A stretch of 64,000 bases of DNA from Candidatus Delongbacteria bacterium (GTDB taxonomy: Bacteria > CAIWAD01): the NCBI GenBank assembly GCA_963663545.1, contig OY760505.1, forward strand, positions 3,488,001-3,552,000. Reading direction: 5' to 3'. The position numbers were made by a program, and so were the translations under genes. Positions within the stretch are counted from its first letter, which is position 1, and each line of letters opens with the position of its first letter. Shown here one piece after another: positions 52,218-61,044 of this stretch. Under the pieces are notes generated by a model, which was given only the letters and a program-made list of their open reading frames with translations, ran no database searches and was not told the origin of the DNA.

Positions 52218-55200
52218 ATGAGTACCCAGAAAACACCGTCATACGATGAGTTGAAGCAGCGTCTGGAGGCTGCGGAGTCTGCGTTGAAGGCCATTCGTGA
52301 GGGCCAGGCGCACAAAGCTAAGAGCAAATCTGAGCCTCTACTGGCCCGTCTGGCGGATGCCGAGGCCCGTTACACACGCCTTGCCGCGCACATTCCCGGT
52401 GTGGTTTTTCAGAATCTGCAGCACAGCGAGGACCCGACCGACGACGAGTTCTCCTACATCAGTCCCGGCATCCGTGAGCTGTTCGGGCTCACGCCCGAAG
52501 AAGTCATGCGTGACAGCAGGGCGCTGTGGGCTTTGATCCACCCCGAGGATCTGGCTGGGTTGTCGGACACGATCCAGCACGCAGTGCAAGCCAATCAGGA
52601 CTGGAGCCATGAGTTCAGAGTCTGTGCCGCCGATGGCCTGACCAGGTGGGTGCAGGGCGCGGCCAGCCACGAGCACTTAGCTGATGGCAGGCTATTCTGG
52701 GACGGTCTGCTCTTGGACATCACGGCGCGCAAGACCGCCGAATTGGCGCTGAAAGAGGCGCTGCTGCGAAACCAGGAGGCCGTGCGTGCGAGCAAGGTTG
52801 GGATCTGGGACTGGGATTTGAAGACCAATGCCGTTCAATATTCAGCAGAATGGAAAGCCCAGGTTGGCTACGAAGAAGACGAAATCGGTGGGGGCTTTGC
52901 CGAGTGGGAAAGCCGTGTGCATCCCGATGACCTGTCGCGTACACTGGAGCAAGTGAAGCAGAACATCCGTAATCGAAGCTGGGCGCATCATCTAGAGTTC
53001 CGCTTTCGGCACAAGGATGGCTCCTATCGCTGGATTCTGGCCCAGGCAACGGTGATGTGCGATAGTACAGGAGAGCCTGTTCGCGTTATCGGCTCACACT
53101 TCGACATCACCGAACACAAGCAAGCCGAGCTGGCGCTGCGCGAAAGTGAGGAGCGGTACCGGCGGTACATCGAGAGCTCCCCGAACGGTGTGTTCGTCTG
53201 CGATGAAAAGGGGCGATACCTGGAAGTCAATCCAGCAGCCTGCCAGATCACCGGCTATAGCCAGGACGAGCTGACCTCGATGAGTATCGCCGAAATCCTC
53301 TTTCAGGAGGACCGAGCAGCGGGGATGCAGCATTTCGAGTCGCTGGTTCGCGAAGGGGCCTCCTATGGCGAGCTACCCTATCGCCACAGGTGCGGCGAAC
53401 GAAGGTGGTGGTCCGTCTCGGCCGCCAAGCTCGCAGACGATCGCTTTCTTGGCTTCTGTGTGGACCTTACGGAGCGAAAGGAAGCCGAACAGGCGCTGCG
53501 CTACAGTGAGAATCTGTTTCGGCGCGTGTTCGAGCTGTTGCCGGTCGGCCTGTGGATTGCCGACAAGGATGGCCGGCTGCTGCGAGGCAATCCGGCGGGT
53601 GTGAAGATCTGGGGTGCCGAGCCCCACGTCGCGCAGGAGGAGTACGGGGCCTTCAAGGCTCGGCGTCTTCCGTCGGGCGAAGAGGTTGCTCCGGAAGATT
53701 GGGCATTGGCAAAAACCGTAAAGGAAGGCCTCACCGTCGTAGATGAACTCCTCGAGATCGATGCCTTCGATGGGGTCAAGCGTGTCATCGTGAACTACAC
53801 AGCTCCCGTCACGGATGAATCCGGAAATGTGCTGGCTGCTGTTGTGGTAAATCGGGACATCACGGACCAGTACCGGGCAGAAGCGGCCCTGCAGGATAGT
53901 GAGCGCAAGTATCGCCTGCTGGCCGACAACACGATGGACATCATCTGGCTCATGGACATGGAGCTGAACTTCGTTTATGTCAACCCGGCCATCCATGCAC
54001 TTAGCGGTTACTCGGTCTCCGAGTGGGTCGGGACGAGGCTTTCCGACCATTGCGAGCAAGACGCCTTTGCGCAGATGGCTGGCATTATTGATGCAGAGAT
54101 CGCCAAGGGACCGCACCAGGAAGGCGTGAGCTTCGAAACCGAGATGCGGCGGAAGGATGGAACGAGCTTTCCCGTTGAGATCCACGGTAAAATCATTTTC
54201 AGCGAAACGGGAGCGCCGGTCTTCCTGCAGGGTGTGACACGGGATATCAGTGAGCGCAAGCTGGCCGAAAACGAGCTGAAGCGCAGGCAGCGATTCCTCG
54301 ACCTCCATAACAGGATCGTCAGCGTCTTTCTGAACCATCCGCAAACGGATATCGATGCCGCTCCCATCACGGCCCTCGACGAGATACTAAGGCTGTTGCA
54401 CAGCCAGTACGGTTTTTTTGGGTATATCAACGAAGCCGGTGATCTGGTCTGCCCCACTATGACACGCGAGATCTGGGATCAATGCCAGGTCGCCGACAAG
54501 AGCATCGTGTTCCCCCGGTCGGGCTGGGGTGGGCTCTGGGGAAAGTCACTACTGGAGAAGCGGACCCTGGTTGCCAACGAGCACCTGACTCCACCTTCGG
54601 GGCACGTGGCCCTGGAGAATGCCCTGGCAGCGCCCATCATTCACCGTGGTACCTTGATCGGTCAGTTTGTTGTGGCCAACAAAAAGGGGGGATACAACCA
54701 GGAGGATCGGGAACTCCTGGAAGCAGCAGCCGCGCACACCGCGCCAATTCTGTTCGCCATCCAGGAAGATGCTCGTCAGCGTAGCGCGCACGAGAAACTG
54801 GAAGCCCAGTTGCGGCAGGCCCTGAAAATGGAAGCGGTGGGTCGCCTGGCCGGTGGCGTGGCTCACGACTTCAACAACATGCTATCGGTGGTGATCGGGC
54901 ACACGGACATGATTCTGGATGAGATGCTGCCCGAACACCCCCTCTACGAGGATCTGCAGGAGATTCGACAGGCCGGTGAGCGCTCCGCCGACCTGACCCG
55001 CCAGCTTCTGGCTTTTGCCCGCAAACAGACCGTGACTCCCAAGGTGATTGATGTCAACAATACCCTGGAAAGCATGCTCAAAATGCTGCAGCGGCTGATC
55101 GGTGAAGACATCCAAATGGCCTGGATTCCAGGCGAGAAGGTCTGGCCGGTGAAGATCGACCCCGGTCAAATCGATCAGATCCTGGCGAATCTGTGTGTCA

Positions 55201-55949
55201 ATGCCCGGGACGCCATCGACGGTGTCGGCAAAGTGATCATCGAGACGGGTAATGCTGCTTTCGACGAGGGCTACTGCAAGGAACACGCGGAGTTCATCCC
55301 CGGCGAGTACGCCATGCTGGCGGTGAGCGACACGGGCTGCGGTATCGATGCCGATACCCTGTCTCACCTCTTCGAACCCTTCTACACCACCAAGAGCCTG
55401 GGCAAGGGTACCGGACTGGGTCTGGCGATGGTGTACGGTGTGGTGAAGCAGAACAACGGCCTGATCAATGTCTACAGCGAGCCTGGCCAGGGCACGACCT
55501 TCAAGATTTACTTGCCGCGCTACTCAGATAAAGCGAGCCCGTTGCCCATCCAGGAGCAGGAGAAGTCTGGCAAGCGCGGCAACGAGACAATCCTGCTTGT
55601 TGAAGACGAGCCCTCGATTCTGAAGATGACCTACAGAATGCTCCAGCGGCAAGGCTATACCGTGCTGGGCGCTGCAACTCCAGGCGAGGCTGTTCGCCTG
55701 GCCACGGAGCACCCCGGCGAGATCCATCTGCTGATGACCGACGTTGTGATGCCCGAGATGAACGGTCGCGATCTGGCCAAGAACCTGCTTTCCCTTTATC
55801 CCAGCCTGAAGTGCTTGTTCATGTCGGGCTACACCGCGAATGTGATCGCCCACCACGGTGTGCTTGAAGAGGGCGTCAATTTCATCCAGAAGCCATTCTC
55901 GAAAAATGAACTGACCCTCAAGGTGCGGGAGGTGCTAGATCATGAATAG
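52218..55949 (+). CDS. Multi-PAS/GAF hybrid sensor histidine kinase
   Basis: Repeated PAS/PAC (HPED, HPDD, DITERK-like), AHDFNN, NARDA, DTGCG, GTGLGL, receiver TDVVMP..KPF. Confidence 0.95.
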   Translation: MSTQKTPSYDELKQRLEAAESALKAIREGQAHKAKSKSEPLLARLADAEARYTRLAAHIPGVVFQNLQHSEDPTDDEFSYISPGIRELFGLTPEEVMRDSRALWALIHPEDLAGLSDTIQHAVQANQDWSHEFRVCAADGLTRWVQGAASHEHLADGRLFWDGLLLDITARKTAELALKEALLRNQEAVRASKVGIWDWDLKTNAVQYSAEWKAQVGYEEDEIGGGFAEWESRVHPDDLSRTLEQVKQNIRNRSWAHHLEFRFRHKDGSYRWILAQATVMCDSTGEPVRVIGSHFDITEHKQAELALRESEERYRRYIESSPNGVFVCDEKGRYLEVNPAACQITGYSQDELTSMSIAEILFQEDRAAGMQHFESLVREGASYGELPYRHRCGERRWWSVSAAKLADDRFLGFCVDLTERKEAEQALRYSENLFRRVFELLPVGLWIADKDGRLLRGNPAGVKIWGAEPHVAQEEYGAFKARRLPSGEEVAPEDWALAKTVKEGLTVVDELLEIDAFDGVKRVIVNYTAPVTDESGNVLAAVVVNRDITDQYRAEAALQDSERKYRLLADNTMDIIWLMDMELNFVYVNPAIHALSGYSVSEWVGTRLSDHCEQDAFAQMAGIIDAEIAKGPHQEGVSFETEMRRKDGTSFPVEIHGKIIFSETGAPVFLQGVTRDISERKLAENELKRRQRFLDLHNRIVSVFLNHPQTDIDAAPITALDEILRLLHSQYGFFGYINEAGDLVCPTMTREIWDQCQVADKSIVFPRSGWGGLWGKSLLEKRTLVANEHLTPPSGHVALENALAAPIIHRGTLIGQFVVANKKGGYNQEDRELLEAAAAHTAPILFAIQEDARQRSAHEKLEAQLRQALKMEAVGRLAGGVAHDFNNMLSVVIGHTDMILDEMLPEHPLYEDLQEIRQAGERSADLTRQLLAFARKQTVTPKVIDVNNTLESMLKMLQRLIGEDIQMAWIPGEKVWPVKIDPGQIDQILANLCVNARDAIDGVGKVIIETGNAAFDEGYCKEHAEFIPGEYAMLAVSDTGCGIDADTLSHLFEPFYTTKSLGKGTGLGLAMVYGVVKQNNGLINVYSEPGQGTTFKIYLPRYSDKASPLPIQEQEKSGKRGNETILLVEDEPSILKMTYRMLQRQGYTVLGAATPGEAVRLATEHPGEIHLLMTDVVMPEMNGRDLAKNLLSLYPSLKCLFMSGYTANVIAHHGVLEEGVNFIQKPFSKNELTLKVREVLDHE

Positions 55950-56060
55950 GCAGGTCGGAGGGGGCTTAAGAATGGACGCGTCGATCAGGGCCAGGTACGA
56001 GTTCGGCAGGCGCTCTGTGTTGCGGCACCCGCGTTCGGCTGGTAGCAAAAGGAGTCAGGA

Positions 56061-56657
56061 TTGAAGCGCGTCCTGGTACTTCTGCCAAACGCATTCGAGT
56101 TGCTCGAGGGGGCCGCGTTTATCGATGTTCTGGGTTGGGCGAACGACTGCGGTGATACGCCCATCGAGGTGGTAACGGCGGGGATCGGCACAGAGATCGC
56201 TTGCACCTTCGGAACCTTCAAGCTCTTGCTGGACACAAGCCTGTCGCAGATTTACGCCGACGAGTTCGATGCGGTGGCGATTCCGGGCGGCTTCGGGGAG
56301 TACGGCAATTACGAGGATGCCTTTGCGGAGCAGGTGCTGCAGACCCTTCGCGACTTCAACCAGCAGCAAAAGCCCATTGCCTCGATCTGTGTAGGCGCAC
56401 TGCCCATCGCCAGAAGCGGTATTCTCAACGGACGCAAAGCCACGACCTACCATCTTTCCGGCGGCAAACGACGACAGCAGCTCGGCGAAATGGGCGCGTG
56501 GGTACAGAACGATCCGATTGTCAGGGACGGCAATGTTACTACCTCTACCTCACCCGCCACGGCGATCGAGGTTGCCTTCAAGCTGGTCGAACAGCTGACG
56601 AGTGTCGAGAATGCCCGTGTGGTCCGACATGCGATGGGCTTCCCGGCTGAGGGCTAA
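56061..56657 (+). CDS. DJ-1/PfpI family protein
   Basis: FELLE, IPGGFG, SICVG; TTG start after aaggag. Confidence 0.88.
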   Translation: MKRVLVLLPNAFELLEGAAFIDVLGWANDCGDTPIEVVTAGIGTEIACTFGTFKLLLDTSLSQIYADEFDAVAIPGGFGEYGNYEDAFAEQVLQTLRDFNQQQKPIASICVGALPIARSGILNGRKATTYHLSGGKRRQQLGEMGAWVQNDPIVRDGNVTTSTSPATAIEVAFKLVEQLTSVENARVVRHAMGFPAEG

Positions 56658-56723
56658 GAGGGGCTGTTTTCCTCTGCTGCGCAGAGCTCGCTCATACGAT
56701 CACGGGATGCGCGGTCTTTTCTC

Positions 56724-56783
56724 CTCGGTATCGGTATCGGTATCGGTATCGAAATCGAAATCGATTCCGGAGTCGGAATCGAC
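56724..56783 (+). repeat. ATCGGT/ATCGAA hexamer array
   Basis: (tcggta)x4 then (tcgaaa)x2. Confidence 0.8.
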
Positions 56784-56784
56784 T

Positions 56785-56850
56785 GTCATTAATACGGGAG
56801 TAAATATCCTGCAGATCCAGCAACGCACTGGCTGTCCAGACAAGCTTCAT
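56785..56850 (-). pseudogene. Truncated RelE/ParE toxin N-terminus
   Basis: MKLVWTASALLDLQDIYSRI, start overlaps the antitoxin stop, then runs into the repeat. Confidence 0.6.
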
Positions 56851-57105
56851 TCCTGGTCTTGGCGCTGATTGTCCCGACCCCGGCTCTGCAAGTATTCGGC
56901 AACCTTGGCGTGATCCACCAGCTGGCTGGCGTTGGCATCGGCCAGGCCTTCTGTGACCTGCTGTAGATAGCGAATCTGTTCGCGCATCTCTTCAAAGAGC
57001 TCGGGTGGCAGCAGGACGGCGGCGGCGCGTCCATTTGTGTTACGAGCAGGGGCGCGTCGAGGGAGCGAAGCAGTGCGGATGCGTGGGTGCGGAATTCATC
57101 CAGAC
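56847..57105 (-). pseudogene. Frameshifted Phd/YefM antitoxin
   Basis: DEFRTHASALL..PLLVTQ / GRAAAVLLPPELFEEM..EGLADANASQLVDH. Confidence 0.6.
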
Positions 57106-57285
57106 CAACAGGCTGCGCCTTCTGCGGCCGTATCAGCTCAAGGCCATCCACCAGCTCCAGGATGCCGTTGGGGAGGGCAAGGATCGCTTCCTTTTTAGGA
57201 GAGCGACAGGAAGCGGCAAGACCCTCACCGCTGCAGCTGTTGTGAAGCTCTTTTTGCGATCGGGCAACGCAGGCCGCGTGCTCTC
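57090..57285 (+). pseudogene. Fragment of type I restriction (HsdR-like) helicase
   Basis: LRPYQLKAI..ATGSGKT..KLFLRSGNAGRVL only. Confidence 0.65.
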
Positions 57286-57615
57286 GCCAAGATCTTGCGT
57301 ATGGCATGCTGCATGGAACAGGTCTCGCAGTTTTTGCCTTGTCATGTTAACTCCACCCTGTTAAGTACGCAGCTGTTGTCAGGATAAGAGAGTAACAGGG
57401 GCAGCTCAAGGAATTGTGCGTTCTGCCATGGGGTGTGAATTCGATTGTCGATCTTTTTGGCAAGGAGGTGTTTTTCCTTGCTGTGCCTATGCAGGATATG
57501 CGATTTTAAGTCCGTGCTTGGCTGGATACACAGGAATACTTCAATGCGAAGAGCGGACTTAACAGGACCCAGAGAAGAGCGGAAGAGCGGGAGTACACGG
57601 TCCGTAGAATCAGAT

Positions 57616-57623
57616 GTTAGCAT
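57616..57623 (+). other. Cassette 5' core site GTTAGCAT
   Basis: Exact reverse complement of ATGCTAAC at 58773-58780, right after the TIR stop. Confidence 0.65.
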
Positions 57624-57638
57624 AATTTTGGAGGTGTT

Positions 57639-58250
57639 TTGAGATACGGGTTCATTTTTGCTACCGCCTCAGTACTAGTAGAATCAACCAAGTTTCTGAA
57701 CCTCGTTGAGCTGTTCAAACTTGTTTCGAAATCACTTACTAGGTCTATAAATCCTGATGCAGATGATGATGCTATTCGAAGAAATACAAACATCGCTATA
57801 GACATTTTCATTGTCTTGAAATGGGTTGTACTTATCTACCTAATGGCAACATCTACAACACATTTGATCGTAGAAATCCTTGTTTGGTACTTGCTTGCGA
57901 TGAATGCGTACACGTATTTCTACTACCATGTTTGGCTGCAGCCTGAGCTGGATATTGATGGCACAAGAAGGCGAATCATCAATGTCGCACTCGCATATTC
58001 TTTCTCTATTGTCTGTTTCGCGTATTTTTATGGCGAAGTATATCTAAACGATTTCCTGTGGTTGAAGCAATTTACACCCGACGATGCAGTGCTGCTTAGC
58101 CTCAAGAATGGTTTTGCTTCAGGTGCAAGTATTGCCCAAGCAAGAAGCGCTATGGGTGAGTTTCTCGAGTCCCTGCAAATTCTGAACACTTTTGTCTTCA
58201 TTTCAATGATACTTGGTGTGACAATTCCACAGAAGAAGAAAGGAGCCTAG
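57639..58250 (+). CDS. Multi-TM protein, ion-channel-like candidate effector
   Basis: TTG after ggagg; about four TMs, last two flank a possible re-entrant helix; low GC. Confidence 0.7.
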   Translation: MRYGFIFATASVLVESTKFLNLVELFKLVSKSLTRSINPDADDDAIRRNTNIAIDIFIVLKWVVLIYLMATSTTHLIVEILVWYLLAMNAYTYFYYHVWLQPELDIDGTRRRIINVALAYSFSIVCFAYFYGEVYLNDFLWLKQFTPDDAVLLSLKNGFASGASIAQARSAMGEFLESLQILNTFVFISMILGVTIPQKKKGA

Positions 58251-58251
58251 A

Positions 58252-58770
58252 ATGAGCTATCGAAACAAAACATATGTAGTCTTTGATGCAGGGGATGGAA
58301 AGCCAACATCAAAGGACATGTGTTACTACAGAGTCATGCAAGCATGGAAAAAGAATGAGGAAATTGAATTTGATTTTCATGATGCTCACGATCTTAACAA
58401 CATCACAGACAAGGCAAGTGAGGATCAAATCAAGAAGAAACTAAGAGAAAGACTAGCCAACACAAAAGCCCTAATCGTGATTGCAGGAGAGCGGACCAAA
58501 AACCTGTATAAGTTTGTCAGATGGGAAATTGAAATTGCCATTGACCTTCAAATGCCGATCATTGTCACTTATGTGGACGGCAGTAGAAACCTCAACAAGA
58601 ACTTGTGCCCTCCGCTCCTTGTCGGCAAAAACGCGTTACACGTCGATTTTAAGGCAAAGATTATCAAATATGCCATGGACAATTATCCTGGTTCCTTCGA
58701 GAAGAAAGACTTGGACGAAGAGAATGATTGGATCTATAATGATGAGATTTACAAGAAACTAGGCCTTTGA
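58252..58770 (+). CDS. ThsB/MTH538-like (DUF1863) TIR domain protein
   Basis: MSYRNKTYVVFD, FHDAHD, IKKKLRERL, FVRWEIE catalytic Glu, PII. Confidence 0.88.
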   Translation: MSYRNKTYVVFDAGDGKPTSKDMCYYRVMQAWKKNEEIEFDFHDAHDLNNITDKASEDQIKKKLRERLANTKALIVIAGERTKNLYKFVRWEIEIAIDLQMPIIVTYVDGSRNLNKNLCPPLLVGKNALHVDFKAKIIKYAMDNYPGSFEKKDLDEENDWIYNDEIYKKLGL

Positions 58771-58781
58771 TCATGCTAACA

Positions 58782-59234
58782 CTTATGAGGCCCCCATTGT
58801 CAATAGCACATAGGTGTTCCTTCCGATTTCCGGTTCTTTGATAGGAAGGCGAGATCACAATTCCGGCTTTATTTCACGGCCAGGCGCAGAGTGATTCCGC
58901 GCCAAACACCTATAGAGGGTCACGTTCCAGCATGGCTGGACCGGCAAGACGATGGGGTCTTAACGCCCTAGAAACTCATTCGTACCCATATGCCGATCTA
59001 TTCAAGAATACAGGCTCAGCGACAGCTGTCCAGTTCGTTTCAGATCGGGGATGGAGCGGAATCAATATGTTCAGCACCTTCTTTGTCATCAACGGGCAAC
59101 CAGTCAATCAATCGCACGGGCTCGGAGCATTTTGATCGAGCAGGACGATCGTGCTTTCTGCACATGGTGATTCCGTCCAGCATTCCGATTCGCCCCTGAT
59201 GTCCAGTTAGACGGTGGACCTGGTTGCCCGTGGA
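58782..59234 (-). ncRNA. Candidate bridge/seek RNA region, copy 1
   Basis: Conserved structured non-coding end downstream of the transposase. Confidence 0.5.
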
Positions 59235-59814
59235 TCAGGCCGCCAGGAAGCGAGCCATTCACCCTGGTCATGGGATCGTCGAACAGGTACAGGCCAGGAT
59301 CCTCTAGATCCAGCCGCTGTGTCTTTCCAGTCAGGGCATGCAGGTTGGCTTGGCTTTGGGTGTTGACGACATGTGCCATCAGTTCAGCGCGAAAACGTAC
59401 TAGTGCTGTTCGTCTGCGAAGCAGATCTCGCGTCGCGCGCATGGCCTTCGGATAGACATAGGCCATGGGGAAGACACCACCTCGGATCATGTGGGCAATC
59501 TTGGTGGCATCCAGTTTGTCGTTTTTGGCTTTGGCCCCGTGAATGGCTTTCATGTAGAGCGCGTGTCCCAGTAGAAAGGGCATTCCTTCGTCTTCGCAAA
59601 GATCGGCGAGCCAGTACCAAGTGAACATGCACTCGACTCCGACGATGAGGTCATCGCGGTAGGGTTGAATGGCAGCGAGAAGGGCCGCTGCGCTTGTGGG
59701 AATGTTTTGTTGCAAGCAGATTGTTCCCCGTTCATCCAGCATGCATAGGTACATTGTTTTCGCATGCAGGTCAATTCCGCATGTGTGACGATGCTGGTCT
59801 TGATAGAATCTCAT
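59235..59814 (-). pseudogene. IS110 transposase lacking its C-terminal domain
   Basis: Matches the intact copy to DDPMTR, then jumps to the gene end. Confidence 0.88.
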
Positions 59815-59891
59815 GGTCTCCTCCTGAGTGGGTGATTGTGACTACCCGAAGTATCGGGTCGCTCGTGAAAGGAGGGGGCCTCTATGAAGAT

Positions 59892-60058
59892 CAATCACTA
59901 CCAATTGGCCCGCCCAGCGTCACGCAGCTTGCTGGGCAGCGAAATAGAGCATTGGGCCTTCGGCCACAATGCGCAGATCGGTTCGCTTCGCGAACCTGCA
60001 GATCTTGCGATGCAAGCATCGCGCCACTGAACGGTCAATTGAAGTTTAGGCGTTCGGC
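59892..60058 (+). other. 3' part of the IS-split attC site
   Basis: caattggcccg..cggtcaattg arms, R' GTTCGGC; R'' ATGCTAAC lies at 58773. Confidence 0.6.
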
Positions 60059-60084
60059 AGAGACACAGGAAAGGAGATAAAGCG

Positions 60085-60918
60085 GTGACAAGCAAGACTA
60101 AGAATACCCGCACGCCCATTCCAGGCGACACCGAAGCCAAGCTCCTGGTCGAGTCCCGCAACACATGCAACCTGTGCTGGCGCAGCTGCGAGGTGCAGAT
60201 TCACCACATCATGCCGATCGAGTTCGGTGGTGACAATGCCGAGGAGAATCTGATTGTTGTTTGCCTGAACTGCCACTCTGAGGCACACACCAAGAAGGAC
60301 CTTGCTCGCAACCTGAAGCCGCAGACGTTGCGTCTCTACAAGGAGACTTGGTTGGATTTGCTCCGGCGCTATCCTCTTCTCAAGACGGCAGTTCCGCAGG
60401 AGGAGGGCGACATCAAGACACTCGAGGAAGTCTTGAAGCAGGGGCACCGGCGCGCCCTCTACTTCCCGTTCGACCTCGAAATGCCCGATTCGATGTTCCG
60501 GTCACTGGACGCTTTGCGTGCCTTCCTCCAGTCCGTCGGGTTCAAACTCATCAAGGACGATCTCGCCCGTGAGCATGCCCGACTTCTCTACAAGGCCTTG
60601 GTTGAGCTCTCGTTCTTCGAGCCCTATCCGCCGAGAGAGTACTACTGTCTTCATGGGATGATGGGGCGGGACGCACTGTCCCTCATGGAGTTGAAGCGGA
60701 GGACCGCTTGCTTCCACCTAAACGAGCTGGCCAGAATCGCAGGTGCGCCGGAAGACATATTCGCAGAAGATGAGTTCAAGTCGATGGGGTTCGAGATGCC
60801 TCCAGTTCGACATGGCGCGCGGCGTTGCTTTGGGCATTTTGACGAAGCGTCGAGAGAATGCCTCCAGTGCGAGTTCAAGGAACCTTGTTTGGAGGCGGGC
60901 CTGGCAACTGCATATTGA
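60085..60918 (+). CDS. Zn-binding HNH endonuclease (gene cassette)
   Basis: CNLC..HHI..GG.N..NL..CLNCH; extra C-terminal Cys cluster. Confidence 0.88.
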   Translation: MTSKTKNTRTPIPGDTEAKLLVESRNTCNLCWRSCEVQIHHIMPIEFGGDNAEENLIVVCLNCHSEAHTKKDLARNLKPQTLRLYKETWLDLLRRYPLLKTAVPQEEGDIKTLEEVLKQGHRRALYFPFDLEMPDSMFRSLDALRAFLQSVGFKLIKDDLAREHARLLYKALVELSFFEPYPPREYYCLHGMMGRDALSLMELKRRTACFHLNELARIAGAPEDIFAEDEFKSMGFEMPPVRHGARRCFGHFDEASRECLQCEFKEPCLEAGLATAY

Positions 60919-60996
60919 GCCGAAGCAGAGCATGCAGCACTATAAAATGGGCCGCACGGACGCGTCCCATTTTGAGGCTGATGCTCGTCGTTCGGC
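60919..60996 (+). other. attC site
   Basis: GCCGAAG..gagcatGcagc..aaaatggg/cccatttt..gctgatgctc..GTTCGGC with one extrahelical base. Confidence 0.75.
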
Positions 60997-61044
60997 GACA
61001 ATGCCCAAACAACTCAGTAGCCTCAACGGATGGAGACAACTTCT

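Larger units (their letters stand above)
58782..59891 (-). mobile_element. Internally deleted IS110-family (IS1111 group) element inside an attC site
   Basis: Near-identical to 62420-64000; subterminal IR gaggcccc; CA at both junctions. Confidence 0.85.

Noticed and set aside
55985..56060. GTTCGGC motifs before DJ-1 as a cassette boundary
   Set aside because: No matching GCCGAAC or convincing attC fold after the gene
58932..59199. Short duplicated ORFs (also 62570-62864)
   Set aside because: Lie in the IS non-coding end; duplication is explained by the IS
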